Assembly (NCBI GenBank): GCA_964658305.1
Contig: OZ210885.1
Span: 19,468,001-19,532,000 of the forward strand
Reading direction: 5' to 3'
Length of the DNA: 64,000 nucleotides
Origin: Leptogorgia sarmentosa
Taxonomy: Eukaryota
The notes beneath the pieces are model-generated. The model was not told the DNA's origin, did not search any database, and saw only the letters and a list, made by a program, of their open reading frames with translations. The translations under genes were made by a program, and so were the position numbers. Below, piece by piece: positions 37,716 to 51,200 of the stretch (within the stretch, counting starts at the first letter, position 1; every line of letters begins with the position of its first letter).

Positions 37716-38275
37716 CGTTCAACCAAGAAGGCGTTAACTGTTGTATTACAAAATCAAGTTGTGACGGACGAAGTTTTAAACACAGCAATGGTTGAAGTGG
37801 AGTTGTTAATAAATAGTCGTCCGTTGGTTGAACTCAGTTCAGATATCGATGACTTGGAGGCTCTTACGCCTAATCATTTTATCCTTGGTCGACCGAATCT
37901 TAATCTGCCTCCAGGTGTCTTTCAAGACAAAGAAATGTCAAGCCGCAAACGTTGGCGACAAGCTCAAGTCATTACCACACACATATGGCGTCGTTGGATC
38001 AAAGAGTACCTACCAAGTTTGATCAAGCGTACAAAATGGCAGCAAGATGTTCGTAATCTGAATGTTGGAGACTTGGTCTTGCTAGTAAACCCGGCAACCG
38101 CGAGAGGTGCATGGCCGCTTGGTAGGGTGACGAAAGTCTTTCCTGGTGCTGATAATATTGTTAGATCGGCTGAAGTCAAGACAGCATATGGATTTGTGAA
38201 GCGCCCCGTTACGAAGATAGCTCTGCTTGAAGAGTGTTCGTCCAAATGATTAATCGGGCGAACACGGGGGGAGGA

Positions 38276-38497
38276 TGTTACAGACAGTGTATAAATTATT
38301 GCACTAATTTATTATGTAATTATGCATAATTATGCAGGGTTTGGAACACGTGAAACTTCCTTTGGGAAAAACACTGACTTAAAAACATTTTGAGTAAATT
38401 TAAAATTTTTGTAATTTTCATGTGGGTTTTGGTTCATATTTTGGTGGAATAAAAAACAGGTTTAACCGATTGTTGATGGTCACAGTCGGATATAACA
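38276..38497 (+). repeat. BEL-A 3' LTR
   Basis: Preceded by the PPT, followed by TSD CTGAT. Confidence 0.95.
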
Positions 38498-38940
38498 CTG
38501 ATCTTTTGCTCTGAGAATATACAATTGATTTTGAATTCTCTCAAGTTTGATTTGATTATGTTCATTCACCGGAGAGTTTTCGGCCCAAATATGGAGTGCA
38601 TCAGATGGATAGTTAGAATCAGATGGTGAAACACACCTCGACTGAATAAACTTTATATCATCCTCTGTGTGGGAAGCTGTTCTTTTTCGATTAAGTAGTT
38701 CTGTAAATGCTTTATCATTTTTTTGTCTCATGATTTCAGTAAGTTCAATCATTTTGAAGACACTCCAGGGGTGACAAAGATTCTGAGATTCAATTTTGTA
38801 ACTATCAGCTTTTTTCTTGATTGGAGGCAGTTGATATAAATCTCCGACGGCAATGATACTTATGTCAGCAAATAATTTAGATGATGAGCAACCAAATATT
38901 TCCTTTAATCATTTGTGGATGTGTAATGGAGTTGTATTCC
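38498..38940 (-). pseudogene. Helitron PIF1 helicase fragment, middle piece
   Basis: IIAVGDLYQLPPI, MIELTEIMRQKND..FTELLNR. Confidence 0.85.
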
Positions 38941-39053
38941 CGCCCATAATCCCTCGTGGAATGGGCAGGTGGCCGCTTAATGGAGGTATGCCAAAAATAG
39001 ACACAAATATGGACAAGTGTTGTTTTTTTATTATTTCTATGCCGTTGTTCAAT

Positions 39054-42000
39054 TAGGCCGTATTCTGTGGTCGATTATCGTTCAAAAAAAATAAACTTGA
39101 TGATATCTACCTAAAAACAACATAAATCTATAGATTTTTACTTACTGAATCCAAATCTGCTTGTTGGCATCTCTGAAATCCTGCTGTTTTTGAGTAAATA
39201 CCTTCTAAAGTTCGAAATTTTTGGCTCGTGTTTTGGTGTCCGCCATCTTGGATTTCGTGATGTGCGCACGCGCAGTTGCTATTTTGAAGGAAAACCGCTG
39301 ACCAGTCCAGGCTCGAAAATACTTCCAGAGCTTATAAAATGAAGTTTTAAATACCTTTTTTCCCTTTTTATACAATTTAATTCGAGAAAAAGTGAGAGAC
39401 CTCAGTGCAATTAGATTGGCTATCGGTGCATCATGTTTAGGATTTACCCTCATAGCGCAAAATTGCTTTTTATACTGTATCGTTAATTACAAAACACTCT
39501 TTTCGATATCTTTATTTTTATAAAACAAACATGTTTTCACCATCGTCATAATCACAATCATCTTCATCTTCGTCATCGTGAGAATCTGAATCATCTTTCT
39601 GGCAATCTGAGCAGGAACACACTTCTGTACAATTGAATCCAGATTTCAAACAAGAGCATCGTTGTGTCTTACATCCAGTTTTACATTTGCACTGTACAAA
39701 TTCGAGAAGAGACTCTGGAGCCGATGGAGAGGTCATCCACAGAACTTTTAATTGGTCATCTGAATCCAATTCCCACCCGTTACCAACCGGGGATGGAAGC
39801 TGTAACAATGGTGATAAACAATGATTCCAGGAAGCTACTTGGTAGTTTGATCTTTCAATGTGGTACTTCAGACCTTCACTGTTTGGTGGTAGTGCTTCAT
39901 CGGACCACTTTCCTGATTTGAAAAGTCTATACCTGTATTATACATTGCAATTACAAACAGGATTCTTCATTAAACGTTATTGATATCAGATTATTAAATA
40001 ATGAATACTACTATTTATAGTACTTAAATTTGGCAAATGAAGATGATGTTTATAATGTTATACCTGCATTCGTCAACATTTTTTGAAATAGTATCACCGT
40101 ATAGCAGACACACAAACTCGTTCAGTGATTCTTCAATGTCATCGTCGATGGGCAAATTACCAAGTCTTGCGAACACTGGTGCGAATTTTGGATGTTGCAT
40201 TAGAACTTGCCATGGTTTTAGTTTACCTTTGCCATGAAATGCGCTCGTTGTGTCACAACCTTCAAACACAAATTATTTTTTTTTAAAAACTGTTTAGATA
40301 TGTCTAATCCATAATATGAAAACATACCTGAGAAGGCATGAAATCCTGGCAGAGATGCGCATAATTCCTCCCCAAGTTCGTCTGATACAATAGTTACATC
40401 TAAAACACGAAACTTATTCCCAGTACCAGTCATGAAATACATTTCCTTGCCAATTGATTTCTGCATTGCTGTTGCTAGTACGAATACATCTGTATCTGGT
40501 GATCTGATTATAAGCTGTAGATGGCCTTTAGCTGCATGTCTTGAGTGAAACAAAATCCGCGTGTCGGCTTCTTCGTGGTCACATCCAAGTTCTGCAATTT
40601 CTCGCCTTAGAACTATAGCAGTCGGGGATGATCCAGGTGAAAGCAAATAGCACTTATTGGTTGAGGTTACATAGAACAACTGCAAACTCTTCATTTGGCT
40701 TGACTGGTACGTACTCCAGTGATTGCATAAAAACACAACTAGCGACTCCTTGTTCTCTCCACAGCTTAAGTACTTTTTCCACTGCTTTGGGATTTGCTGA
40801 TCTTTACTGTAAATGTGGACTCTCTGTACACCTTGGGTTGCTCTTTTAGCTCTCTCTGTGTTCTTGATACTTAATGGGGGGTACCTGTCTGCCACAAAGT
40901 CGAGGCGCACAGCCTTCCATTGCTTCACAAGATTCAACAGGATGGAAAACACTAAATCTGCGAATTCTCCGAATGTACCCCACTTTCCTTTCATGGCCTG
41001 GACTATAGCCATAGCGTCTACCACTAGTGCCGTTCCATCATAGAAGCTCTCGACATGTACTATTGGACTGTTTGCCATCTTTTCCAATATTTCAAACATC
41101 TTGGACTTGGTGGTTTTTACAAGATCTCCAGAAACAGTGGCAATGGATAGTGGAAATTCATTCAGGCTATAGGAAAGAAGCCCCTTCAAGTCGATTTCCC
41201 GTGTTTTGGAGATAACCAACAGTCGTGCAAAGAGATCTCTGGTTGACTTGACAGCTATTGTTCGACCCTTGTTGCTTGTCATTTTTTTGGTCTTGTTTGA
41301 AAATGTCTTTAACTGATTTTTCTTGATCTTCGTGAATATGTCGGGTTTCTCACTCAAAAGGTTGTCTTTGCAAAATGCAGTGAATTGTGTCTCCCCCAAA
41401 TTTTCAGCGTCAAGAAGGCTTTTAGCGGAATCCTTTTGTAGTTCAACGCCACTTGTTATGTTCACGAGCCCGACTTGATCGGTATCGAATGGATTGATCA
41501 TGCTGGAAATCGTTGTCATGACATCACACACTGAATTTTCATAATTCTGGCATTTGGTTGCATCGAGATCTTTTTTGCCTCTGAAATATAAAATAGAATT
41601 GTCATTAATGTTTATGATGATCAAGTAGTTGTATAGTTACAGTGATGTGAACCAGGTTCCATTTAGCAAATATTGAAGCATGCTGTGGTTTGCGGTTCAT
41701 TCCAGCCATATCTTTACATTGACCAGTGATTGCAGCCCTCTCTGATTGGGATAGAAGCCATAGGTACACCGATGCTCTATTCATTGTAAAGCCCACTAAT
41801 CCACCCTTGGTTTTGGACTCTCTGTTGGCTGTCTGCTCTATCATCTGATCGCAAGCAACTGCTGTAAAGCCATAATTGCTTTGGCGTTGTACAGCAAAAT
41901 TTGCGGAAACATCTGGAATAGCCCCTATAATATAAATTATAGACAACACGTACAATTTTCTGTATGTATCCAAAAGAATAGCTATCCAGTATCAAGTGCA

Positions 42001-45000
42001 TGAATATTTGATAGTCTAAACAAGACTAAAAGAAAAATATGTACCTGGATGTGTTTTCTCCAATGAAATCATCCCAAGCCAATAGGCCGACCCGTACCTT
42101 GCATAATTCACTTTATCACAAGCGAAAAACCATGGGATCATTGACCGAAATGATGACAAATGAAGATTCCAATTCACTTCTCTTGTAGCTCGAATGAATG
42201 ACAGGAGTATGCCTAAAAAAGTAAACAATAATTAATGCTCGAGACTTAAAAAACATTTGAATTTAGAAGACAGTCAATCACCAATTATGTGGATATACAT
42301 GCTCCAGTAGGCGAAGGTAAGTGATTTAGCTGATGATTCTGCAATAAAAGCTTCGTAGTGCTCACATATTTGCGCCATTTTTTCACTATTGATATGTTCG
42401 TCAAGTCGAACCTCTTCATCAAAGGCTTTCTTCATGGTTATAACAAAGGACGAGATGTCTTCTTGGCTTTTGTCGTCAAGACTGTCTAGAAATTCTGCAA
42501 GTCGTAGTCTTTGGAGACCTTCATACATAATCTTGTGGCAATGCAGGGAGCGGTTATAGTGTTTGCCTGACATAACGCCCTTTATGGAGCCCTCACTCAC
42601 AATTCCAGACTCGATAAAAACATCCTATAAAATAAAAACATCTAGTTTAGAGTCAATAAATCTTAAAATTACATTAGATTTTAACTTAATAAGGAGAAAA
42701 ACGTAGTTTTTACTTAACTTTAGACCCCCATCTTCAAATATCTTTGATACTGTTGACAGGTATGACATAATTGCATGGAACTCGCCAAGACGTACGATGA
42801 AGCGGTTACAGTAGCTGTCATTTTTCCACCGCACATGTTGGGTCTTTGCGTAGACTGCCTCGTCGAAGACCAATGTCGCGTACTTGAGCTGCAGCTTATC
42901 TGTAATCTCGGTGCTTCTCTTTAGTATGGTATTAATTGTAGAATACTCCACTGGCGAAGCGTCAACGACAGGGAGATAGCCCACTCTTGAGGTATCAGGA
43001 ATGCTTTCTTTGTGAAGTAGGGTGTTGAACCCTGTCCATCCAGGAAGTACAGCCAAGTCATCTATAGGCACCATCTTTAGCAGTACATATGTTAGATCCA
43101 GAAGCTTCGCAGTTTCTGATGCAGCTGTTTTGAGTGTGACATTATTTCCAGTAACCTAATAATAAAAAATAAGTGGTTTATTAACACAATGAAAAATACG
43201 AATTACAATGAGTGATTATAAAACAACAAATGGCAAAGATCACCAAATGTTCGTTAACCTGTTCTATTTGAAGATCAAATATTGGCGTCTTCTTACTACC
43301 AAGATTAAATGGCGTTACATCTTGTACAGGGACATTTACTGTGCGCTGCGACTTTCGTATATTCACTGTTTCTCTTTCAGATGTGATTTGAGTGTGGTGT
43401 GAAACTTTCTGCGTAATTATTCCATTTGTTACATGTGTCTGCTTCTTGACTTCTTCTCCAAAATCTATGTTATCATACACCAGGTTAATCGATTTACCTA
43501 CAATAAAATTAATAACAATTATTATTATAATTCATAATCGCCTAAATTTATACGAATGTGTTCCTATAAATATGTTCATATATATATATATAAAACAAGA
43601 AACTATCACTTTTGAAGGCTTGTAACTCTCAAAGCTATGATTAACATTACCGGCGACAAATTCTCTTGGTACAATGTCAGACGTTTCAATGACAAGTTGC
43701 GCGATGGCAGAATCGTATGCCATTGTAGAAGACAATGAAACGCAATGTCCCAATCCATTCAAAATACGAATCAAATTGGAACATCCAGATATTTGTCTTA
43801 CTGCCATTGCCAGTGCTGAGGACTTTGGAGTTTGAGTTTTACCCTTTCTGCCATTATAGACCACATCTTGACATATTGAGAACACTTTAACTGAATTTTC
43901 CTCGTACATATCTACGTAGCTGGACTCCTGTGGTTCGTCAGAATACCCAAGCACCCACGCCATAAAGTTAAATAGGAGGGGGGATACTACTTTCCTTACG
44001 CTGTCTCCAGTAATGTCAGAGGCAAGAGGGGGCCAATTTTTATACCATGAGGAGCAATGTTCTTGAATGTTTTCCCTTAGTGCAAGTGCGACAAAGTAAA
44101 AATCTTTCAGTTCCACCATCCTCTTGTTGAATGTCAGGCTGGGCTCTCCGTCTTCTTCGTCGTCATTATCTGAGGTATCAAACGACTTGATGTGTGATGC
44201 GTTTTCAATGACTCGAACCTTTCTACGGGTATTGCTTAAGAAACATGTGTAGTTTCGATATCAACTTCTGTGGTATTTTACCTCCAACGCGACACAATCT
44301 TTGTCTGCTATGCGGATAAGAATCTGCTGGTCATCTTTCCTTGTTGCAGCTTCCCTAAGCTTCCCAGCGTCGATTGTTTCGACTGAGATCAGTTGATCTA
44401 ATTTGCGTTTTCTGGTAGACTGTTGAATCACAAAAATAAAAAAAAACAGAATGACAATGGCTTTTAAATCGATAATAGCTGTTTTGCTCAATATATAAAA
44501 GGCAACAGTTAAAAACTCATACACAGCCAATCCCTACAAGTGCATTTTAAAGATTTCAAACTGACCTAATTATGATGGCCTCTCTATATTGCCCTAGCGG
44601 CCTGCTATAACTACATAATCATAATGTACTTTCACATGGGCAATTGCCATTGGCTTACCGTATCAGTAACATAAACTTCATCTTTGTTACAAATAATACA
44701 GGTTGGTGGTAGTACAGTGGTGGAACGAGAAGTCGTACTAGTACTGGGCATTGATGACCTCAACATCTTTTTAGGAGGTTGAGTACAATTGTCCTGTTCT
44801 TGCATGACTCGGTCTTCTGTTCGGTTCTCCATAATTTTGGCACAACAGGCCTGTGAGCGCTTAATATTTGTTGTATTTGTGAATTTAGAGTAACAGGTCC
44901 TATGGTAAAAAAAATCACTAACCACAGAAGACTTATTTGCTACGTTGTTCAAAATACCACTAGTTTCCTCGGCTATTTGTCTTTGCTGTCCGTCCAGATT

Positions 45001-45410
45001 GGCCCATAGCTCATGGCATTGTCGGAATTTTTCAAAGGAAACACTTAAATGGTGTCAGAGTTCCATTTCCTTCTTTAAAGTGGATACAACATCGACGGAA
45101 TGCCGTTTTAAATAATTTTTGAAGACCTAGAAGCTCTGGAAGTATTTTCGAGCCTGGACTGGTCAGCGGTTTCCCTTCAAAATAGCAACTGCGCATGCGC
45201 ACATCACGAAATCCAAGATGGCGGACACCAAAACACGAGCCAAAAATTTCGAACTTAAGAAGGTATTTACTCAAAAACAGCAGGATTTCAGAGATGCCAA
45301 CAAGCAGATTTGGATTCAGTAAGTAAAAATCTATAGATTTATGTTGTTTTTAGGTAGATATCATCAAGTTTATTTTTTTTGAACAATAATCGCCCACAGA
45401 ATACGGCCTA
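39054..45410 (-). mobile_element. Full-length Academ (XPG-type) DNA transposon
   Basis: ~280-bp TIRs (39054-39333, 45131-45410) with TAG...CTA termini and 3-bp TSD AAT. Confidence 0.92.
39518..45100 (-). pseudogene. Multi-exon Academ transposase + XPG-like nuclease + Cys-rich finger
   Basis: YDNIDF, FDEAVY, RLGEFH, GKHYNR, NYARY, DQMIEQT, HEEADTR, DTDV, GCDTTSAF, CKC..GC..RCSC...CT..CSC; apparent breaks near 44200 and 39900. Confidence 0.85.
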
Positions 45411-45792
45411 AATACGGTAAAATATTCACTTTGATGGAAACAACTCTAACTAAAAAACAATACACAACAGAACAGCACAGAATAGAACAAAACTTTCTAC
45501 TAGCAGTCCAGCCGGAGAAAAATTTCAGTAATGATGCATAAATTTCAAGTACTTTCGTTTATCAGAGGTTATATAGAAGAATTTCATGCTAAGTAAACTA
45601 ATTAGGGCTTAGGGGACGTTTGAAAGAGGTTAAAATTAATAAGGAAACATTGTTTGGGACAGCTCGAACGTGGCCCCGGCCGTTTAATAGAGGTCTTATC
45701 TTTAATAACAAATATTTTTGGGACTTAGACATGTGGCCGTTTAATAGAGTGTGGCAGCTGAACGGTGGGCCCCTAAATAGAGGTTCGAATAT

Positions 45793-46018
45793 TTATTGGT
45801 GCCACTAATAGTACGTAGTAGTTGGTAGCTCTGGGTTAAAAGGATGATGTCTAAACGTTTTTACTGCGGTATGGTATGTTGTTTTTATCAAATGACTTTT
45901 ACCTGCACCACTGCCTCCAGTTACAAACAGATAGATTGGTTCAAGTTCAACAGGTTTTAAGGTATTCATGTTTTTTATTAATCTTCTACACCAAGAAAGA
46001 ACTACATTATACACATGT
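45793..46018 (-). pseudogene. Helitron PIF1 helicase fragment with Walker A
   Basis: IYLFVTGGSGAGKSHLIK. Confidence 0.85.
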
Positions 46019-47226
46019 TGTTGTTCTGGGTTCAGAGATCTTACTGATTTTTACTCTTTATTTAGATAAACATAAAGTTACAAAAATTGCAGCAGTTCTG
46101 CAGTGTTTAAAACGATTCAACTAAAAATATGAAAACCTTATTTTCAGACCTCGTCCACTAATCACGTGACCAGAAGATCTGTCACTTTTATAAACCGGAA
46201 GTTCCTCACACTCCCAAGGATATCCTTGAGTGTTCAAAGAAATGATATCTACTTTCATCAACAAAAACATGAATGCTAAAAATCAACAATGTTTTAATGT
46301 CTCTTCTAATGGCATCGCTCCTTACGGCTGCCTTACGCTTCGGGCCTTCTTTCACACTCGTTCGAAGTTGGTTCTTCTGCCTGAACAGCTTGCCGGACAT
46401 ATAATCCCTTTCGGTATCATCCTCTGACGTCGAATGTAATTCCAGTGGAATTAGATGTTGAATGGGACGTCTCAAACGTATAGACTTTCTACTTTTCTTG
46501 TTAACTACACTAATCTTGGCAGCTCTCACCACATTGTCTCGGCTTGGTATAAGTTCCTCTACCTTGGCAACCTTCCAAAAGGCGCGCGAGGTTTGGCCGG
46601 ACTTTAGAATGACGAGATCTCTGACATTGACAACTTTCTTGTCAATTCCCGAGGTAGCCCGCGCGGTTTCCAGCAGACCTGTCAGATATTTTGACCTCCA
46701 TTGATTTGCGAAATGTTTTAACACTGTCCGATGGTACCGTTCTTGTCTAGTTAGCGTTTGATTCGTGCTTATTACGTCATAATGTTTATCATTCGCTGAC
46801 GTTGCGATCGTTCTACCATAAATCAGCGCCGAAGGTGTAAGTAGATATGAAATGCCTTGCTCCTCATCATACACGTATGTCAGCGGTCTGTTATTTAGAG
46901 TTCCCTCTATTTCAACTAATACCGTGCGCATTTCCTCAAATGAGAGAAACGCTCGACGGCAATCCTCTTTGCGCAACAAAACGCCTAAACGGTTGCAGAA
47001 ATGTCGGTACGGACATATTTGGCACCAGCTCCAAATGTAAGGCTCTAGTTGTCGCACAAGTCAGAAGACATATGTAAACCTTTTGATTCTTTGTTTCCGA
47101 GCTGTCTGACTCCCTTGAACTCACATACAACAGCCCTGCGAAGTCAATAACTGTAGTTGAAAAGGGCGGTGCGTTGTTGACTCGACTTGGAGGTAACTGT
47201 GAATACTTTGGTGGTCCAAAGGGTTT
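46019..47226 (-). mobile_element. 3' end of a third BEL element (BEL-C): integrase plus 3' LTR (~46019-46210)
   Basis: DFAG, KVYICLLTCATTRALHLELV, LNNRPLTY, RRPIQHLIPLE; TGTGAGG...AACA LTR after a purine tract; exact LTR end uncertain by a few bp. Confidence 0.8.
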
Positions 47227-47234
47227 CCCAGGTT

Positions 47235-47835
47235 GACAATCTTGGCAAGATTCTTGGCAAGATCTAATCAAGATCTTATCAAGATCTTACCATGATCATG
47301 CCATGATCATGTCTAAATCCTGCAAGAACCTCCAAGACCTTTGCAAGATCCTGCAAGAAATTGCCATGATCCTGCAAGAAATTGCCATGTTCTTGTCATG
47401 TTCTTGCCAAGTTCTTTTCAAGATCTTGTCATGATCTTAGCAAGATCATGTAATGATCTTGCCATGTTCTTGACATGTTCTTGCCCTGATCATGGCAAGA
47501 ACATGTCATTTTCTAACCATGATTTTACCATGATCATGTCAAAATCTTGTAAGATCCTGCAAGAAATTCCCATGATCTTGCACGAACTTGCCATGTTCTT
47601 GTCATGATCTTGTCATGATCTTGACATGTTGTTGCAATGCTCATGCCAGGATCTTGTCATGATCTTGCTATTTTGGTGTCATGATCTTGCCATGTTGTTC
47701 CCATGATATGCCATGTTCTTTTCATGATCTTGTCATGCTAATGGCATGATCTTGGCATGTTATTACCATCACATGCGATAATCTTGCCATGTTTTGGTAA
47801 TGTTCTTGCTATGGTTTAGCACGACCTTGCTAAGA
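47235..47835. repeat. Left subterminal array of ~11-bp palindromic units (CAAGATCTTG/CATGATCATG)
   Basis: Direct reading. Confidence 0.9.
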
Positions 47836-48283
47836 TTATACATAAGCATACAAAAAGATATATCTTGCAAGTTATTTCTTGTTTTTTGATCAAAATCTTG
47901 CTTAACATTTCCTGAGCATGTTGCATGTTGACATGTGTTCAACTGCATTAAATGTGTTCAAGAATTTAGTCTAAACTGGATTTAGAATATACATATAATT
48001 ACATAACAGATCAATTATACATAATTACATAGATAACAGATCAATTGCAAAAGAAACTAAGAAATTACCTTAATGTGCATTTAGCAAATAGATTTCATAC
48101 ACAATGTGAAAGAAATTTCAAAACTCTAGCAAAAGTACAAAAATACTTGTGTTATAGTTTTTAAAAGTTCTTTCACATAATGGGGTAAACAATTCATCTC
48201 ATAACGCTTCAATTTTATAATAAATGGAACCTAATTATCGAAAATCATCAAAGTCATGCAATCAACGTTTAATTATAAAAAAA

Positions 48284-51200
48284 TTATTGTTTATCTGTCG
48301 AGTCTTGCAGTGCGCTTTTGCTCTTTCTTTTTATGTCCCTGCACTTCTGATTGCATGCATCGACAATTGACTGATGGTGCTTTTTAACTTTGTCTTCACC
48401 ATACTGGGCATAGAGCACATCTAGAATAAATAATAATTACGTTTTTAACACCGAATAACAATTCTCACAATTCAGTTGCATTAACCTTTGTATTGCTCTA
48501 TGAAAAATTGCTTTCACTGTTCCTAGTAATTTTTTTATAGTTGGAACGTTATAATCCTGATTTAGACATTGTGACATACGTAGCTATCAGAGATATTTAG
48601 TGATCGATAGTTTCTACAATTGGTTTGTCGTAAATACATATTTAAAAATGTGCATTTTTCTATTTCTCTTACCAAACAATTTGGTAACTCTCTCTGGATC
48701 CAGCGCTGGTTTTGGTGACCGCTTAGTTTCAAATAAGATCCCTTCCATAAGTTCCTCGTCGGAAAATAGTTGGCTGATCAATTTTATGGCGCATTTTCCA
48801 GGCTCTTTAACGGGCGCACTTACATTCATCAAGTTCACACTATTGTGCCACTATGAAGGAAAAATTTTACGTTATCAAAAACACGCTTAATTACAGTTTT
48901 TCTTAATTACAGTATGCTCTCTAACAAATTAAAAGTGAAATGTTTTTATAATTCCATTTGTCTAATTTGTATACTTACTATAGCTGTTGATTCATTCTCA
49001 CGTCTAACTCGGTTTACAGCACTTGATCCAGGAGATTCTTGATTTATGGCTTGCTGCTGAATAAAACATGATAAATTAAAACTTAATCAAGTCAGTGATA
49101 ATTGTACACAAATGCATAGTTTAAATAGATAAATGGTATAGACAGGTCAATAGCTACAGGAGTTAGCGAGTTGCCATAACTTGGAATATACAATAAAACT
49201 GCAGCTGTAGATGGAGTTAAAAAATACGTGAAATGCAGAAAAACAGTTTATCGGTATTGCTCAACTATAAACCGTTGAACCGTCTGAATTAAACTGACAA
49301 AACCCGGGAATTTTTTTCAAATTTTTACGTCAATTGACCGACCAGATTGCCAAATTACTACATACAAGATTGCCGATAGTCATAACTGATAGGCAAACTA
49401 AGGTAACGCCTCGTACGAAACGCAAAATTATGTGTACGCGTAACCCAAAACGACTGCACTTGTAAAACATTTACAAACTTTACGGAAAATATAGTTTGCT
49501 TAATTGCCATGACGTGACAAAACATGCATGTTTTGAAAACCAATTTTAATGCCGAACGGTCCTATAATGTCCATGAAGCACTTTCATTAAAGGTGACATG
49601 ATGTAACTAAACTATATATTGTTGATACCTGTAGACTGCACCGAATTATCTGAATCTGAATAGCTGCTAATAGTCAAATACCGTATACTCACATGTGGTG
49701 TCTTTTCTGACGAGTTGTCACGCAATTTTCGCAACTCTTGGACAGTCTTGAAAAGTTCCTGGACACTTTTCTCTAACGTACTCAGACGCTGTTCGATTTC
49801 GTCATCGTTTGAAGACTTCTATGAAAAACAAAACAATACATATTATAAATATAGCAATGTTAACCATTCTGTTAAGTCGGAATGAGAAAATGCGGTATAT
49901 CCTTATCCATACTTATCAACATAATTATCAAATCTTTCTGTAAAATTCCACAAGAACGTTGAACAATATATATAAATACCAATGTGAAACATGTGTAATT
50001 TACAAGAAGGCATACACGTATAGCATACACTATATAAAGCACCTTTTTAAAATTTCTCATCATAATCGCTTCTTTCTTTTTTTCTTCCGTTATATCTATT
50101 TCCTCAAAATCCATTGTTGGAAAAGCTGGCAATAACTCTTGTTTACTCTTTTTTGGTGGGACTTGGACCGCACATTCGTCCGAACTGGAGCTTTCTCTTC
50201 TTTTCCTTGTCTCGTGATCTGCTTTTCCTCCCTTGTTTGTATTTCCGTTTGTATCTATATATGGACAGATCATGCATGGGTCCCATTCAGTTCAAATTCA
50301 TTGTAACGGTAAACCAAACAACATCCGTATTTCAAATATAGTACAGTGGTTATAGCATGCATGTTGGTGGTTATACACCTTTTTCAATTTAAAGTATATC
50401 AATGTGAAATTTGTGGTAAGAATTTTGTCATGATGACTTACGCAAAAAAATTCACGAGTTATTCGCTAATTGTTCAATACGTTGCTTGTTCACCGATGCA
50501 TGCCAACTGAATTATTTAGAATGCTGATTATATTTATAGAACACAGAAATCTTTTAGAAATTCAAATTTATCATGGTGAAGAATGATAAAAAATGACTAT
50601 AGTCCTTTTTTTACATTTTCTGAACACATGCATGCATGCATTACCTGGAGTCTTGTTCATTCTCTCTTGCGCTTTGAGAACTGCCTCCATCTGTACTTTG
50701 GTACCTGTCAGGTAAATGTCAAACTATGGTGACCAATATTATAATTGTATCCCTAAAATAAAGTATATGGTTCCGACCAAGGTTCCGTGCATAGGCCGCG
50801 AAAAGTGAAAAGTCTTAAAATGAAATAAAAGAATTTACAATGCCACGGATCATGTACATGTTTATAGGCATAGCAATAATAAAACCGTTAACCGATAATG
50901 ACACACATACCTGAACTTATCAATTTCCCAAAGTAATATTTGCCGCTGTCCTTTACTTTGAGAAGAGCACCAATTACTAACTCGCTATCCTCGCAAGACA
51001 CCATTTTTCTGTGCGCAATTGAGAATTTAGCCTCGTCTTCAAATAAGAACAAATAAAAGGACGTATTCTTTGAATCTAAACGAAAAGCGATAATGTATGT
51101 AATTTGTGAGTTGCTGAGATAACACATTCATGATTATGAATGGGGCGATTGCAGCTATAGACAAGTTTTATCTGGGTACGACGCGACCGTATGGAAATCA

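Larger units (their letters stand above)
28670..38249 (+). pseudogene. BEL-A gag-pol, several frameshifts and two insertions
   Basis: LPKLNVGLFDGDPLNW, three CCHC-like knuckles, protease LLNTGS (Asp to Asn), RT YMDD, RNase H FGDASE, integrase DYFGP/SDNG, GPY-like WPLGRV. Confidence 0.92.
28443..38497 (+). mobile_element. Full-length BEL/Pao LTR retrotransposon (BEL-A), decayed, with nested hAT
   Basis: LTRs 28443-28630 and 38276-38497; 5-bp TSD CTGAT; PBS TTGGTCCTAATTCGAACCGG; PPT GGGGGGAGGA. Confidence 0.95.
38945..45790. mobile_element. Degraded pogo/Tc1-like MITE (38945-39053 and 45414-45790) split by the Academ element
   Basis: Repeated GGCCG(C/T)TTAAT(A/G)GAGG motifs on both sides, ending AATAGAGGTTCGA. 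Confidence 0.4.

Noticed and set aside
39205..39453. Similar small ORFs here and at 45032-45274
   Set aside because: Chance frames in the Academ TIRs
47341..47607. Repetitive ORF (also 63494-63835)
   Set aside because: Arises from the subterminal repeat arrays
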